From Chrysomallon squamiferum (taxonomy: Eukaryota > Animalia > Mollusca): 64,000 nt of DNA. The stretch covers positions 1,240,001 through 1,304,000 of the forward strand of contig CM022674.1 of the NCBI GenBank assembly GCA_012295275.1. Direction: 5' to 3'. Both the position numbers and the translations under genes were made by a program. The notes under the pieces were generated by a model that saw nothing but the letters and a program-made list of their open reading frames with translations, did not search any database and was not told the origin of the DNA. This document shows, one piece after another, positions 1 to 15,206 of this stretch; position 1 is the stretch's first letter; each line of letters opens with the position of its first letter.

Positions 1-61
1 TTCTGTCAATAATTTCAAATGTGTTGTGTGTGTGTGTGTGTTGTTGTTGTGTGTGTGTGTA

Positions 62-135
<74 letters not shown>

Positions 136-924
136 GTTCTCAAAAACGATAGTACCACACTGGTTGTTATTGTTGTTGCTGTTGTAGTTGTTGTAGTTGT
201 TGTTGTCGTCTGAAGGGATCTGTCGATGTCTAAACATGATAATCTGCAGTTTTCCAAAGCTAAGATAAGATATAGTGGTCTTGAGTTAACAGAACGTTTA
301 CGATTTATGTATTCCTAGTTTGTGGGGCTCACAAACATTTGCTGTTTTATCTTCTATAAATGTTCACAGTTAATATCTTTAAACCCAGTTTGTGGTGGCT
401 TCTAGAAACAGTTATACTTGACGACCTGTACATATGTTCTGTTTAAGATTTAACTATGGACTCTACATAATCATCATTATTATAATTACTACCACTACTA
501 CTACTATACTCTTATTTATTGTTATTATTATCATTAATACTACTATTACCACTATTACTACTATGATGCTGATGTTGATTATTATCGTTATTATTATTAT
601 TGTTGTTGTTGTTGTTGTTGTTATTATCATTATTATTGCTGCTGTTGTTGTTGTAGCTGTTATTGTTGTTTTTGTCGAGTTGCTGCCATTGTGTTTGTTC
701 TTTCTGTCGCTGTTACTGTTGCTGTTGATGTTGTTGTTGCTGTTTTTATCGTTATTGTTGTAGCTGTTGTTTTTGATGCCATTGTTGCTTTTTCTGTGTT
801 CGCTACCGTTGTTCTTGTTGTTGCTGTTGCTGTTGCTGTTGTTGAGATGCAATATATTACGTGTTATTTTAGCTGAGCTGATGGCTTGCTGTGTTTCGTA
901 TTTCAACCGGATTTTCAATGGATG

Positions 925-938
925 GTTTCCATGGTAAC
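925..938. promoter_or_regulatory. RFX X-box motif
   Basis: GTTTCCATGGTAAC matches the X-box consensus GTTNCCATGGNAAC. A half-site (gtagcaac) follows immediately. Confidence 0.45.
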
Positions 939-1299
939 AAGTAGCAACGGCTGTTACACATGAATAACCTCCCACCTGTGTGAGCTGTTTTTATCTAATA
1001 ACAGGTGAGGCTGGCAGTCCATCAGAAATAACTGATTATCTTTTGTTAATTTGTTGTTAATTGTATTGTTATTATTATTATTACTACTACTATTACTACT
1101 AATAGTATTAGTATTACTACTAATGCTACCACTACTACTATTATTATTAATTCATTAATTAATTAACTAACTAATAGCATTGTTGTTCTCCTTGCTACTG
1201 TGCTGTTGTTATTATGTTTTTGTTATTACTGACTCTTCTTATTGAGTTACCTGTTTTATATTATCATCGTAAAATATTTGAAATGTGGTACATTTTTGT

Positions 1300-1332
<33 letters not shown>

Positions 1333-1539
1333 TATTTGTTATAGGTGAGAATTAGTGTGTTCATATATCTGCGTGTCAGCTTGTATGTCTCTGTGTGTTG
1401 TGTGCGTGCGCGCGCGTGCATGAACACACGTACACATGCACATATATACATATATATAAATATATAAACATACAGAAATACAGATATATATATATTCAGA
1501 CATACATTCATACAGACTAACACACGTTTAATCGTACGT

Positions 1540-1815
1540 ACATACATACACACATACATACATACATAGATACATACATACATACATAGATACATACATA
1601 CATACATACATACATACATACATACATACATACATACATACATACACACACACATACATACATACATACATACACACATACATACATACATACATACATA
1701 CATACATACATACATACATACACACACACATACATACATACATACATACACACATACATACATACATACATACACACACACATACATACATACATACATA
1801 CATACATAGATACAT
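1540..1815. repeat. (TACA)n microsatellite
   Basis: Direct inspection. Confidence 0.95.
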
Positions 1816-2272
1816 ACCTAACTTTGTGGGGGGAAGACTATAAGAAATATGCAATTCTTAAATACCAACCTTGTCAATTAAAAGTGCAAATCTGACGTCA
1901 ACAATGGAATGACGTCATTCATAGTAGTAAATGTATATATTCGGATGGAGACGATATAAATATCCTTTGAGGTTAGCAATTATTAATACTATTTTAATAA
2001 TTTGTAGATAGACTGCCATTAAGTTACTAATAGCAACAACTACAAATAAAAATAATAACAGGAACTATAATAAAATAGTAATAATAATAATAAATGTAAT
2101 AATAATAATAATAGCAATAATATTAACAACTAAACGGCGGTAATGTAGGATTCATAATAAAAAGGAAAGGATTATTTAATGAAACGACAAAAGATACCCT
2201 TTGAGTTCCTATATTTAAGGAAAATAATTCACCATTTAGTAACTGATAATCGTGACACTTTCACAAGCAGCC

Positions 2273-2495
<223 letters not shown>

Positions 2496-3307
2496 ATATC
2501 CATCCAATGCAAAACAAGCTAGTTGCACATAAGGATCTAATTAACCAACCAGAAAGAAGATACTTTAAAAAAAAAAAGTAAATTATTCCAGTGATAGTTT
2601 ATTTACAAATAAATCTATTTACCCAGAGAAAAAGAAAACAAAGATACTTTAATTATTAATATTTTTTGGTCAAACAAAAGCAAAATACTTTAAACACCAA
2701 AATTTTGTTAACCAGTCGACCAAATTCATCATCCAATACAAAACTAGCTACCTTAACAACAAGATCGGGTTATCCAATCAGAAACAAGATACTAAGTCTA
2801 ATTATCCAATGAAAGACAAGATCTAGTAGTCTCTATTATCGGAGATTACGGACTCAGATTTGTCTCTTCTATCGGTCAATCATGAAAGGTTTTTTCGGAA
2901 AGCTTACTTTATTTCCAGCGCCATCTATCAATCAACAGTGACCTGCAAATGACATTGACCTTGTACAGAAGTTCTGTCAGACTGTTTCGGCGTTAGATCA
3001 GAGGGAAGCTAACAGACTTGATAAACACGTTAATCATAACCGAGACAGTTTCTGCTGACGTTCAGTAAACATTATAGTCAATTCATGCTGAGATGTAACA
3101 GTACAGTTATATATCTAATGTTCGTACACACACACACAGGCACAAACCAACAGACGCATGCATACACAGATATACGCACGAACAAGTATAGGCACCACGG
3201 AAATATATTTATACGAAGGTGAATTAGAGAGAGACTGATAAAATATAGAGTAAGAGAATGATCTAAAGACACAGATAAAAGCAGAAAGGAAAAGAACGGA
3301 CAAAAAA

Positions 3308-3400
<93 letters not shown>

Positions 3401-4021
3401 AAGAGACAGACAGACAGACAGAGAGAGAAAAGGTAACGACATACAGAAAAAAAAAAAACCCAGTAGTAAAAGATACGAACAAACGCACTAAAAACGCGAA
3501 ATCTGTGAAGAGTCAGTCTTTGTGACTTGAAGTAATTTCGTGTAATTGTCGTCACTGACTTCCCATTCACGCTTTCCACTTCGACATCATCGTTACAGGT
3601 CGCCAACTGCTACTCGTAAACTGCAAACTGTCGTCAGCACGTTATTGAATTTCTCTTTTCTTGTCTCTCATTAACAGCGATAGAAATTTTCACTGTAACT
3701 GCGCTGATGGAGTTTGAGTGTGACCGCAGAATGTCACGGAGACGTGAAATCAGTGTGTTCCAGTTACTGACCAGCTTTGTTCGCGAATTTAATATTGATG
3801 GGTTCGGGTTCGAATCTTGACACCTCGTTTTAATTGGGAACGTAAATGATTATAAACTATTTTCTCGTTATCTCTGCCTCTTTCTGTCCTTTGTGTCATT
3901 CCGTCTGATTGTCTCTCTCCGTCTATCTATTCCTTTCTCTCTCTTACTCTCTTTCTCTCTCTCTCTTTCTCTCTCTCTCACTCTCTTTCTCTCTCTCTCT
4001 TTCTCTCTCTCCTCTCTCTCT

Positions 4022-4053
<32 letters not shown>

Positions 4054-4135
4054 TTTTCTCTCTCTCTTTCGTTTTGTCCTATGTCTAAGTCTATTTCTCC
4101 ACTTCACTATCTATCCATCCGTCCATCCATGTACT

Positions 4136-4167
<32 letters not shown>

Positions 4168-5228
4168 TATGCATTAATCAGCCTATCTATCCATCCATCC
4201 ATCCGTCTCTCTGTCCATCTACCTGTCTATCTTTCTGTCTGTCTATTTATCTCTGTCTCTATTTACGACATTTATATTTATATCTATATCTACCAGTGAC
4301 TGTCTGTCTGTCTATCTGTCTGTCTGTGACTTAATTCTGTTTCACACTAATAGGAAAATTACTTTCTACAATTGTATCCAAAAAGATGTGTTCAGGTCAA
4401 ATGATCAGGTCGACTTAGCCACAGCTGGGCTCTAAAGAAAATTAAATTTAAAAGAAAAGAAGTAACAAATAGAACAAATGGGAAAAAAAAAAAAAAAAAA
4501 AAAACCATTACGAAGGAAGAACTAATAAATGAATAGCAATATTATGAATGTGGGAATGCAACAATATAATAAAAAAAAAAAAATAATAAAACGAAAGAAT
4601 AAAAGATCTAAAAGAAAGAAAAAAGAAACTGAAAAGACAGGAAACACCCCCCCCAAAAAAAAAAAAAAAAAAAAAAAAAAACAAATAAATTTCAAAAAAA
4701 ATGTTCACCATTATTAAAACCGTTTAGCAACGATGGGTAAAAAAAAAGAAAAAAAATATATATTAAAAAAAAGTCACAAGAGGAAAGAAACCGAGAACGA
4801 AATGTCAAGCCGCCCTGTTACCAAAGATGAATTTAATGAGTAAAATACGGTAAAGTGATTTGATAATCATTTTTTTTCTCCGTTTATTTCACTAACGAGT
4901 CTCATATAACAGGAACAGAACGAATGAAGACAAATGCGCTTCAAATTGGTAGCAATTTAATATGCCGAAAAAAAAAAATAAAATAATAATAAAAAAGAAG
5001 AAGAAGAAGAAAAGAAAAGAAAAAAGAAGATATTTCAAGAATCGTAAATTTAAAAAAATATATATATATATTTCATAATTTTGACAATTTAAATGTTTTT
5101 GAAAGCTATAATTATCGCAAAATAATTGTGAAATATATTTGATGGTTATTTCGGAAAGAAAAAAAAGAAGGAATGCGGCAAAAAAAAAAGGGATTTTAAA
5201 AAGATTCAGAAAATAGATAGATAGAGAT

Positions 5229-5309
<81 letters not shown>

Positions 5310-5333
5310 CACAGATAGTTGGATACATAGTTG

Positions 5334-5398
<65 letters not shown>

Positions 5399-5672
5399 GC
5401 CAGACTGATAGACAGACAGACAGATAGATTTATGTCTACCTACTTATCTTTTGAAACGATCAAAGCAATAATTAAACCAAACAAAAAAAAAAGAAACAAA
5501 ACTCAAATACGGACGCAAAACCAGGAAACTGACTTTAAAAAAAACTAGTCAAAACATGCCAGTTAAACAACAAGTCAAAACAAACAAATAAAATAATAAA
5601 ACTTCAACAAAGTAAACAACAAAAAAAAAAAATCTAATAAAAAAAAAAAATAAAATAAAACAAAGTAAACAA

Positions 5673-5711
<39 letters not shown>

Positions 5712-6349
5712 AAAAAAAAAAAAAAAAATAAAACAACCCGAAACATAAACACTGCCATAAAACGAACGAAGTGCAAGATTTTTAGTTACCTAAAACAGAG
5801 ACAACGAATCGACATTTACACCCAGACTCTCTATGTATTCAAAAACAAACAATGTTAACATTTCACACAAAACAGTCCCCGGGGGCGCTACCGCCGGGTT
5901 TATAAAACAAACGAATCATTAAGTACCAGCGAAAATAGAAACCCGCGGAAATCAAGTGTCATATTAAAATTATTATCAGATGAGCGGGGCTCCTGAACAC
6001 GCGAAACGTAACTGACTTTGAAAAACATCGCGAAGGTTTTCTTAGCTTCTCATCGTCTGCAGTAAGAGTGCCGCTAACCGCGGTGCCGTAGTTACTAGGG
6101 TATAACACGGTGACATTTCAGTAATTGCTATCATACAGTAAATAGTGTCTCAAAGCAGTACCGTACTTACTCACGTATAGAACGTTGAAATTTCAACAGT
6201 TTGTTTAAAAAACGTCAGTAAGAGAGATTTCGAGAATGCAATAACGCTGTTACTCGCGAAATTTCTTACAGATTATAACTGTTATTAAAAAACGACAGTA
6301 TGTGATTTTCAACAGTAATATGTTTTTATTTTTATAATTGTTATTTTAA

Positions 6350-6392
<43 letters not shown>

Positions 6393-6855
6393 ATGTTCAC
6401 GTTAGCATTTGACAGTTTTTACACTGAATATTACAAAGATAAAAATTTTAAAAAAAAAAAAAATGATTGATATTTGCTATGATAACACTACTATGAAATT
6501 CTAGACTAGCAGCACCGTATTTCACTCTGTGTATAAGATGTATGACGTTTTCATAATTGCTATGACGACAGTGTTATGAGATTTGCACTGAGACGCGGGG
6601 AGGTAACATTGATCATACACCGTGTTCTGCCTCAGCGTTCAATTATCCTTCTTCTCGTCTAGACTGTTGAGATATCTGTAATCATGTTCGTGTAAAGATC
6701 TTTAAAGTCTGCAGCTTAACGCGATTAAACAGCGAGCACAAATAAATGACCACGTCTAACCAGAACTCTTTAAAGTTGACTTTCTCGCGATTAAATTAGA
6801 TGTAAAAATAAATATTTCTCTAATAAGGCGTCTAACTCCTTTCGATCCAGTTTGC

Positions 6856-6925
6856 GAGGCTTCTTGGCTAAACCTCTGGTCATGGAACCGGTAGGTTTCG
6901 GGTTCGAATCCAGTTATAGTCTTAA
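6856..6925 (+). mobile_element. tRNA-derived SINE-like head
   Basis: Perfect B-box GGTTCGAATCC at 6901-6911 with a weak A-box-like tggctaa ~35 bp upstream. It does not fold as a cloverleaf. Confidence 0.4.
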
Positions 6926-6945
6926 TACGCGAAGCCATTTGTTGC

Positions 6946-8003
6946 TAATACAGGTATTACATACTGTACATGATATATAGCTTTAAACAGTACCAATACT
7001 AATACAGGTATTACATAACATACACACGTGATATATACAGGTAGCATACTGTTAATAGCAACAGTACCAATACTAATACAGGTATTACATACTGTACGTG
7101 ATATATAGCGTTAACAGTACCAATACTAATACAGGTATTACATACTGTACGTGATATATAGCGTTAACAGTACCAATACTAATACAGGTATTACATACTG
7201 TACATGATATATAGCGTTAACAGTACCAATAACAGGTACCAATACTAATATAGGTATTACATACTGTACATGATATATAGCGTTAACAGTACCAATACTA
7301 ATACAGGTATTACATACTGTACGTGATATATAGCGTTAACAGTACCAATACTAATACAGGTATTACATACTGTACATGATATATAGCTATAACAGTACCA
7401 ATACTAATACAGGTATTACATACTGTACATGATATATAGCTTAACAGTACCAATACTAATACAGGTATTACATACTGTACGTGATATATAGCGTTAACAG
7501 TACCAATACTAATACAGGTATTACATACTGTACATGATATATAGCGTTAACCGTACCAATACTAATACAGGTATTACATACTGTACGTGATATATAGCGT
7601 TAACAGTACCAATACTAATACAGGTATTACATACTGTACATGATATATAGAGTTAACTATAACCGTACATGATATATAGAGTTAACAATACTAATACAGG
7701 TATTACATACTGGACGTGATACATAGCGTTAACAGTACCAATACTAATACAGGTATTACATACTGTACATGATATATAGCTATAACCGTACCAATACTAA
7801 TACAGGTATTACATACTGTACATGATATATAGCTATAACCGTACCAATACTAATACAGGTATTACATACTGTACATGATATATAGCGTTAACAGTACCAA
7901 TACTAATACAGGTATTACACAGTACGTAATATACAGCGTTAACAGTACCAATACTAATACAGGTATTACATACTGTACGTGATATATACCGTTAACAGTA
8001 CCA
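6946..8003. repeat. Minisatellite, 53-bp unit, ~20 copies
   Basis: Unit aatactaatacaggtattacatactgtac(a/g)tgatatatagcgttaacagtacc. The string caggtatta recurs at 7079, 7132 and 7185 (53-bp period). Confidence 0.95.
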
Positions 8004-9601
8004 AAGTCTGTAGTATTTTTTTTTTTTTACATTGTTTTGACAGACAAGACAAGCTCAAAGACATTTGCCCATACCATATGTTTAAGTCTTTCGAGTGACT
8101 ATGTTATGAATGAAAGATTTTAAATGAATTTTTGCAAATGCGGAGTACAGTGTTTTTTGTCTGTTGAACATTAAAGTTAAGGAATGAATGTACGAATGGA
8201 TGAATGCACGCACGGATGGACTGATGGACAGACAGACTTATTTGGCTAATTTTGATTTATCTGAATTTTCTATTATTAACAGAAGATTTTAGCATTACAC
8301 GTGTGAATAAATAATACAGAACAGACCCAATAAACAAAAACATAAATGTTCTTCCCTAAACTCATAAACAGGCTGTTTAACGTAGCTATCGAAGTTACTA
8401 AAGTATCAAATATTCACGCTCTTTCCTAAACGGGTTGTTTATGTTTTCTTATTTATTTATCTTTCTTTCAAATCAGACGTTCTCTAAAGAACTGTTATCA
8501 CTTACTGCATTCTGGAATGCTTCGAACAACAACAGCCTCGGTAACGTCTGTTTTCTTTTACCAAGTCACTGAGCAGAGATAACAAAGCCGTAGCGATGTT
8601 GCTCACTTCGTCACGTGATCAGTGAACTGCACGGATTACACGAGTGACTGCCTTTAACAGCGACAGTAATATTTACTTTGTTTGTGTGTGGTGTATGTGT
8701 GGTGTATGCTTGAACAAATCTGCGATAAAGTTCCTCTTACGAAAGATAGTAAAACATTACGCTGTCAGTACTAGCAGTCTGGAGGCGTCAGAAACATTAA
8801 AGCACGCTTGCCCTGCTTTGTTTGTTAATCAGACGACTGACGGCTTGTGAGGACGCTGGTGTAGACGTCTGCATTCAAACGTATCAGGAAACTGTTCAGG
8901 CAGATCTTTGCGTTGGCTCTCAAAGTGACAGTGAGTTATGATGTCCGACACATGTACTGAATCAGTCAATGTGTTAAACATATCAGTGAGCAACTAAGTA
9001 CATACGTCCTGGGCAAACAGTTTCGTAAATTTGTTTGTCTGTTGCATGTGTGTGTTTTTACATATAAATATATGTGTGTGTGTGTTGTTGTGTGTGTATA
9101 TGTATGCATGCATTGTGTATGTGTATTATTATCAACATCATTATTATCATTATTATTATCATCATCACCATCATTATCATTATTATTATTATTATTACAT
9201 GGATGTGGTCTGTACATACGTGTGAGCTTTCTGTACATATTTACGTTTGTACTTATCCTCGTACATGTCCATGTCACTCTAACACTGTCCGGTCAAAGTG
9301 TTTACTGGAAAATCGGTGACACGAGATCGATATCGAGAATCCAGCCGGCAGATTTCGAGGAAAAGGAAGTTCGTTTTGCTCTCTGCCGTGTTAACAATTA
9401 ACCTTCCCGCGTCCTCGGGCACAGAACGATGCAGGGTTTGTTAACTTTATAGCCGTGTTTTGTCCAGTTCGCTGAAGGTTGCAGTGTTGTCGAATGCTCT
9501 CGTTTCCTAGGACGATTATAGCGCAATTACTGCAGAGCTGTCGCGTTTGTAATTAACGAAGATTCGGAATCAGTTTTAATGAAGCCGCAGGGTTTAGGAG
9601 G

Positions 9602-10118
9602 GTTAAAACCACGAGCCACGTAGAATAGGATTAAAACTCGGATGCGATAGAGTATAAGAGATTAAACCATGAACCATAAAGTACAGGATTAAACCACGAC
9701 TGTAATAGAGCAAAAGAGATTAAACCATGAACAATAGAGCATAGGATTAAACAACGGATGCGCTAGAGCATAAGAGATTAAACCATGAACAATAGAGCAT
9801 AGGATTAAACAACGGATGTAATAGAGCATAAGAGATTAAACCATGAACAATAGAGCATAGGATTAAACAACGACTGTAATAGAGCATAAGAGATTAAACC
9901 ATGAACAATAGAACATAGGATTAAACCACGGATGCGAAGCTAAAGAGCCACGACTGTAATAGAGCATTAAACCATGAACAATAGAGCACAGGATTAAACC
10001 ACGACTGATTAAACCATGACTGGATTAAACCACGACTGTAATAGAGCATAAGAGATTAAACCATGAACAATAGAACATTGGATTTAAACCACGACTGGAT
10101 ATTAAACCATGGATGCGA
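9602..10118. repeat. Minisatellite, 58-bp unit built from two related ~29-bp gattaaac subunits
   Basis: gattaaaccatg recurs at 9660, 9718, 9776, 9834 and 9892, each alternating with ggattaaac(a/c)acg. The array decays after ~9950. Confidence 0.9.
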
Positions 10119-11143
10119 TAAATTTGATATACATATTTATCTTGCGACATATGAAGATAATTGTCAGGACGTACATATAATGAATATAAAATAACATATA
10201 GACATACATATATATTACAAAGATTTATTAAACTGTAACAGTCCGCGATATTTTGAAGACTGAAATTCTCGGTGACATTTTTTGCATACCTAGAAATATG
10301 AACTAGTTCACTTATTGACTTGTGCGTTCATAAATTTAGAGAAAATATTTTTGATGTGAATATGATAGTGAGTCACATTATTAATGTACTGAACTGTAAC
10401 AGATGAATTCTGCTGTTACGTGGTTCACGTATATAAAAGTGTTCAATATAACAGTTTGTTATGTTTAATCCTCACGCTACACCAACTGATTTCGATTTTC
10501 ATGTGAAGTATAAAACCTGTCACTTTATACTGTTTATGTTCCTTTTATACATATATTATTATTATCATTATTAATTGCATTAAAGTATAATAGAACTTGA
10601 GTTTACAGAGTATGGCTGGAAAGGTTTTGAATATATTGAGGAATATTAACGGCACTGTGGTTTAATACAGGGTAATGCAGCAGTTTAACAATAGTTAATA
10701 TTGATGTGTGTTAAAAATAAGGTTAGGGATTCGAGATTCCTCTCATGATGTGAATAATTAAAAAAGAACACATTCAGAGACTACAAATGCATTACGGGAT
10801 GAGTTAAAAGCAACAACAAAATTTCATAGCGTTAGATAATATTACCTTACCGTAAAAAAAAAAAAAAAAAAAAAAAGAGAAAGAGCAAAAGAAAAAAACA
10901 AACAAAAAAAAAACAAAAAATAAAAGCCCAGCAATGAACATAGACATAGAGAGAATGAGTAATTATAGTTGTGCGTATACGTAGCCCACGTGTTCAGCTA
11001 TATGCTTTAGAGACAAGCAAATTGGTATCAGAAAACCTTGCATCGCTCTACGGTAACTTTTACCATTTTAATCGCTTAAAAATGTAGCTTTACAAGATTT
11101 AGTTAGGCCTATGTTTGTAGGATAATTTAAGAAAGATAACATA

Positions 11144-11240
<97 letters not shown>

Positions 11241-11660
11241 ATTAGATAAGTATCTGAACAGTTAAACAAAAAGACAGAAGACAGAAATCAGAAGACAGAT
11301 AAAGTATAATTATTTATGATTACGATATTTAAAATAATGTATTACCGAAAAGTCTATTAAAACGTAGCATTGGTGTAAAAAATTTCAGTATGTCTACGTT
11401 TACAGAATCTGCAAACATCTGAAAGTCTTAAGCCTGGAAAACAAGCGCACGAGGGTTTTAGTTTCGACATAATCACGACCCCGGTGATGATCGTACACGT
11501 CCTTTATGTGCGAATAAGAAACCATTTTCTTACCCAAATTACCATGCTACGGATTCATTTGATCACCAGAATTAACCTATAAACATCAACGCAGGTTTGT
11601 GGTCTGAATAGAGAAACAAACGAAGATTATTTGTTCACGTGTTCTGGAAGGTCATTCTGC

Positions 11661-11696
<36 letters not shown>

Positions 11697-11809
11697 AATT
11701 CAAAAAATGTTCAGATGGGACAGACGGACCAGTTCGTAGTAAGAGATTTCAGAACAGGGGTGGATGCCAGTGGTAAAATTTAGGAAAGTTTGAAGATGAA
11801 ATGAATTAT

Positions 11810-12170
11810 ATGTAGTGCTAGACAATTTTGAAATGGATCGGTAGCTTTAATAACATAATATATATATGTTATGACATGACACTGTTTTGCATTATCATTT
11901 GCGTTGAGTATTTAATTTTCCGCACAGATCTTGACAACGGAATGGGCCAGTCATTTTAATAAACATCACATGACTATAACGTGACAGTCTCGTCTGTATT
12001 AAGTTTTCCCGTACAGTTCTAGACAGGTTTGAAATGGGTGAGTCAACTTAATAAATATTATATGATCGCATATGACAGCGTCAATCTGTATGCCATTTAC
12101 CACGCAGCTCTAGACAGTTTCGAAATGGGTCAGCCAGTTTAATAAAATAATAATATATTATCATATCAAT
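11810..12170. repeat. Diverged tandem repeat, four units of ~90-110 bp
   Basis: Core ctagaca..ttgaaatggg..ag....ttaataaa recurs near 11818, 11930, 12019 and 12110. Confidence 0.7.
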
Positions 12171-12538
12171 ATATTTCTCCCGTGTCGTCTTTGTTATTAA
12201 ACGTGTCGTGTTCAAAATGTCGCCGCAGTTTGTTTAGATGTATACGCAGATTGGTTCATGACAGCCGACCCGTTTCCGTACGTAAGCACAAAACGAATTA
12301 ACGTCATCAAAGTCTGTCCCGTGTGAAGAGCAATAGGTCGCGCGATCGATACCCACAGCTGGAATTATATTTTTCATCTCTCTCTGTGTGAATCGTGAAT
12401 AATTGCAGAATGGGGTTTGGTTTATTAGTGCAACTGTGAATGCGAATGACGACATTGGTTTTAGGATCAATGATCTTCTTTGAACGAAAAGAAGATGATG
12501 TTTTATTTATTTTACTTTTGTCCTTGTTTATTTTATTT

Positions 12539-12689
<151 letters not shown>

Positions 12690-14309
12690 TAGGTTCGTAC
12701 TTTTAGTGATTTTATTTCATTTAATGACTTGAACAACAAATGAAAAATTCAAAAAAAATAAATAAGAAAAACGAAAGAAAATAAAGAAAGACAACCAGCT
12801 TTAATTGGCGCCACTGATATAGATATATATATATATATGTATCTTATTATTATCCACATATGACCATATGTGTATTCACACATACATACATACATACATA
12901 CATACATACATACATACATACATACATACATACATACATACATACATACATACATACATACATACATACATACATACATACTTACGTACAAACATACAGA
13001 CAACAGACATTCACACAGGCATACAGTGAATCTTAGAAACCACTCAATTTGAGTAATTCCTAAAAATCATTGTTTCCTATCTCACAAAATACCTGGATGT
13101 GGTGGATCAGACCTTCTGTTGTATATGCTTGTCAACAACATGTAACTGTCTTTTTTCTCTATTGAACCATCACTGCATTTTATTATTTTGATTTTCAGAC
13201 AAGCTCAGTTTGTTGTTATTAACGGTTCACGATGATTCTGCCCTTTTGGCACAGACTAATTAAACCTATGAGAAATATGCGTGTGTTCATTAAAGATCAA
13301 AGGCTAATGACACTAAACGTTACCACTAAGAACAATGAAATGACGTATAATCGTTGATGGAAAAGGTTAGTAAGGGGTGCACTGAGATGCAATCCATTAC
13401 GTTTTTTTTTTCTTTTTTCCAGACGATGTCTAACTTCTGCACTAACACGGAGGTGGAAATTCTTATTATTCATCTTTTGTCAGGTTTTGTAGCAATTAAA
13501 ATGAATTTCCATTATTTTAATTTAATTATATTTGTGCTTATTACCCAGCTGTCGTAAAAAAACAACAAAAAAAAACGTGTACATAAAGTTGTCTGAGCCC
13601 AAAATGATATACTGAGAAAATCTTTCTCATTGCTGAATTAATAACTTCAAGCTGTCTAAGTGGTTAGGGTCCCCGCTGAGAAGTCGGCACGTGACTTGTA
13701 CGCTGTTTCTGCAGCTCAGTTCTGGTGCCAACGCGCCTTTATCCATTGCACGTTCGGCTCCCTGCATCATTTGACTCGTCTGCGTAATCCTACTGAAGTT
13801 AGAAACTCTACGCCAGATTACGATAGGTAATAAATAACATTAAGGTAAAGTAACAGGTAATCGATAACTAACGTTTAATTAACGCTAATGTTACCTGTTC
13901 CCATTTTCACATCGTAAAATAGTGTTTTCACGCCGGGGCGTGTAGCGTCATCAAAGTGGTCTTGTCGTGGACAAAAGTTTCAGATGTTTCGTGACTTGAC
14001 AGAAGCTTTGTCAAGCTTAATGATCAGTAGTCGCAGACATTTCATGAAATGACTGAAAATTTTAGGAACTACATGTAGTGACTGAAAAAAACGTACATAC
14101 CAGACACACAAACCAACACAAATATACACACCACACATATACACACAGAAACACACACACACACACACAAACATACACACACACACAAACCCACACAAAC
14201 ATATTTACAATTCATGCATGCATACGTACGTTCAGCCATACATATGTACTACATATACAAGTGTACATGCGTACACTCATTATATAAATACATATATTAT
14301 TTATTAATA

Positions 14310-14805
14310 TGTGTGTATGTAGCTATGTATGTATGTATATAAGTATGCATCTGTCTGTATGTATGTGTGTATGTATGTATGTATGTATGTATGTATGTAT
14401 GTATGTATGCATCTGTGTGTATGTATGTATGTATGTAAGTACGTATGTATGTATGTATATATGTATGTATGTATGTATGTGTGTATGCATGTATGTATGT
14501 GTGTGTATGTATGTATGTATGTATATATGTATGTATGTATGTATGTACGTGTGTATGTATGTATGTATGTACGTACGTACGTATGTATGTATGTATGTAT
14601 GTATGTATCTATGTATCTATGTATCTATGTATGTATGTATGTATGTATCTATGTACGTATGTAAGTATGTATGTATGTATGTATCTATGTATCTATGTAT
14701 CTATGTATCTATGTATCTATGTATGTATGTATGTATGTATCTATGTACGTATGTATGTATGTATGTATGTATGTATGTATGTATGTATGTATGTATGTAT
14801 GTATA
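14310..14805. repeat. (TATG)n degenerate microsatellite, ~500 bp
   Basis: Direct inspection. Confidence 0.95.
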
Positions 14806-15147
14806 TAAGTCAGCTGGATGGCTACTTCATCAGAGGATAAATGTCGGCCATCTTGTGTTTCATCATAAACAATGAGAAAAACGTCGAGAGCGACTGCTAC
14901 TTTAGATAAAACTATATTTTACCACAGATAAACAAAGCAAACACGTAGGTTAATGAACGGATCAAATTGCGTTTTAATATCGTCATAAAGATTGCGTGTG
15001 GAAGAAACCTGGAAAGAAGCAGGGAAGGAAACAGTAATAAAAAAAAAAAAAACTCTAAAATACGGTTAACTTACATACATCATCTGAAACTTTCTCACAT
15101 TTACTGAATGTATATATATATATATATATTATTATAGTGCAAGTATG

Positions 15148-15206
<59 letters not shown>

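Noticed and set aside
3490-3610. Protein-like minus-strand peptide ATCNDDVEVESVNGKSVTTITRNYFK
   Set aside because: No recognisable family or convincing donor site, and the ORF runs into a microsatellite.
6946-8003. CRISPR-like appearance of the regular arrays (also 15.7 kb and 54 kb)
   Set aside because: The units are contiguous with no unique spacers, there are no cas genes, and the context is eukaryotic.
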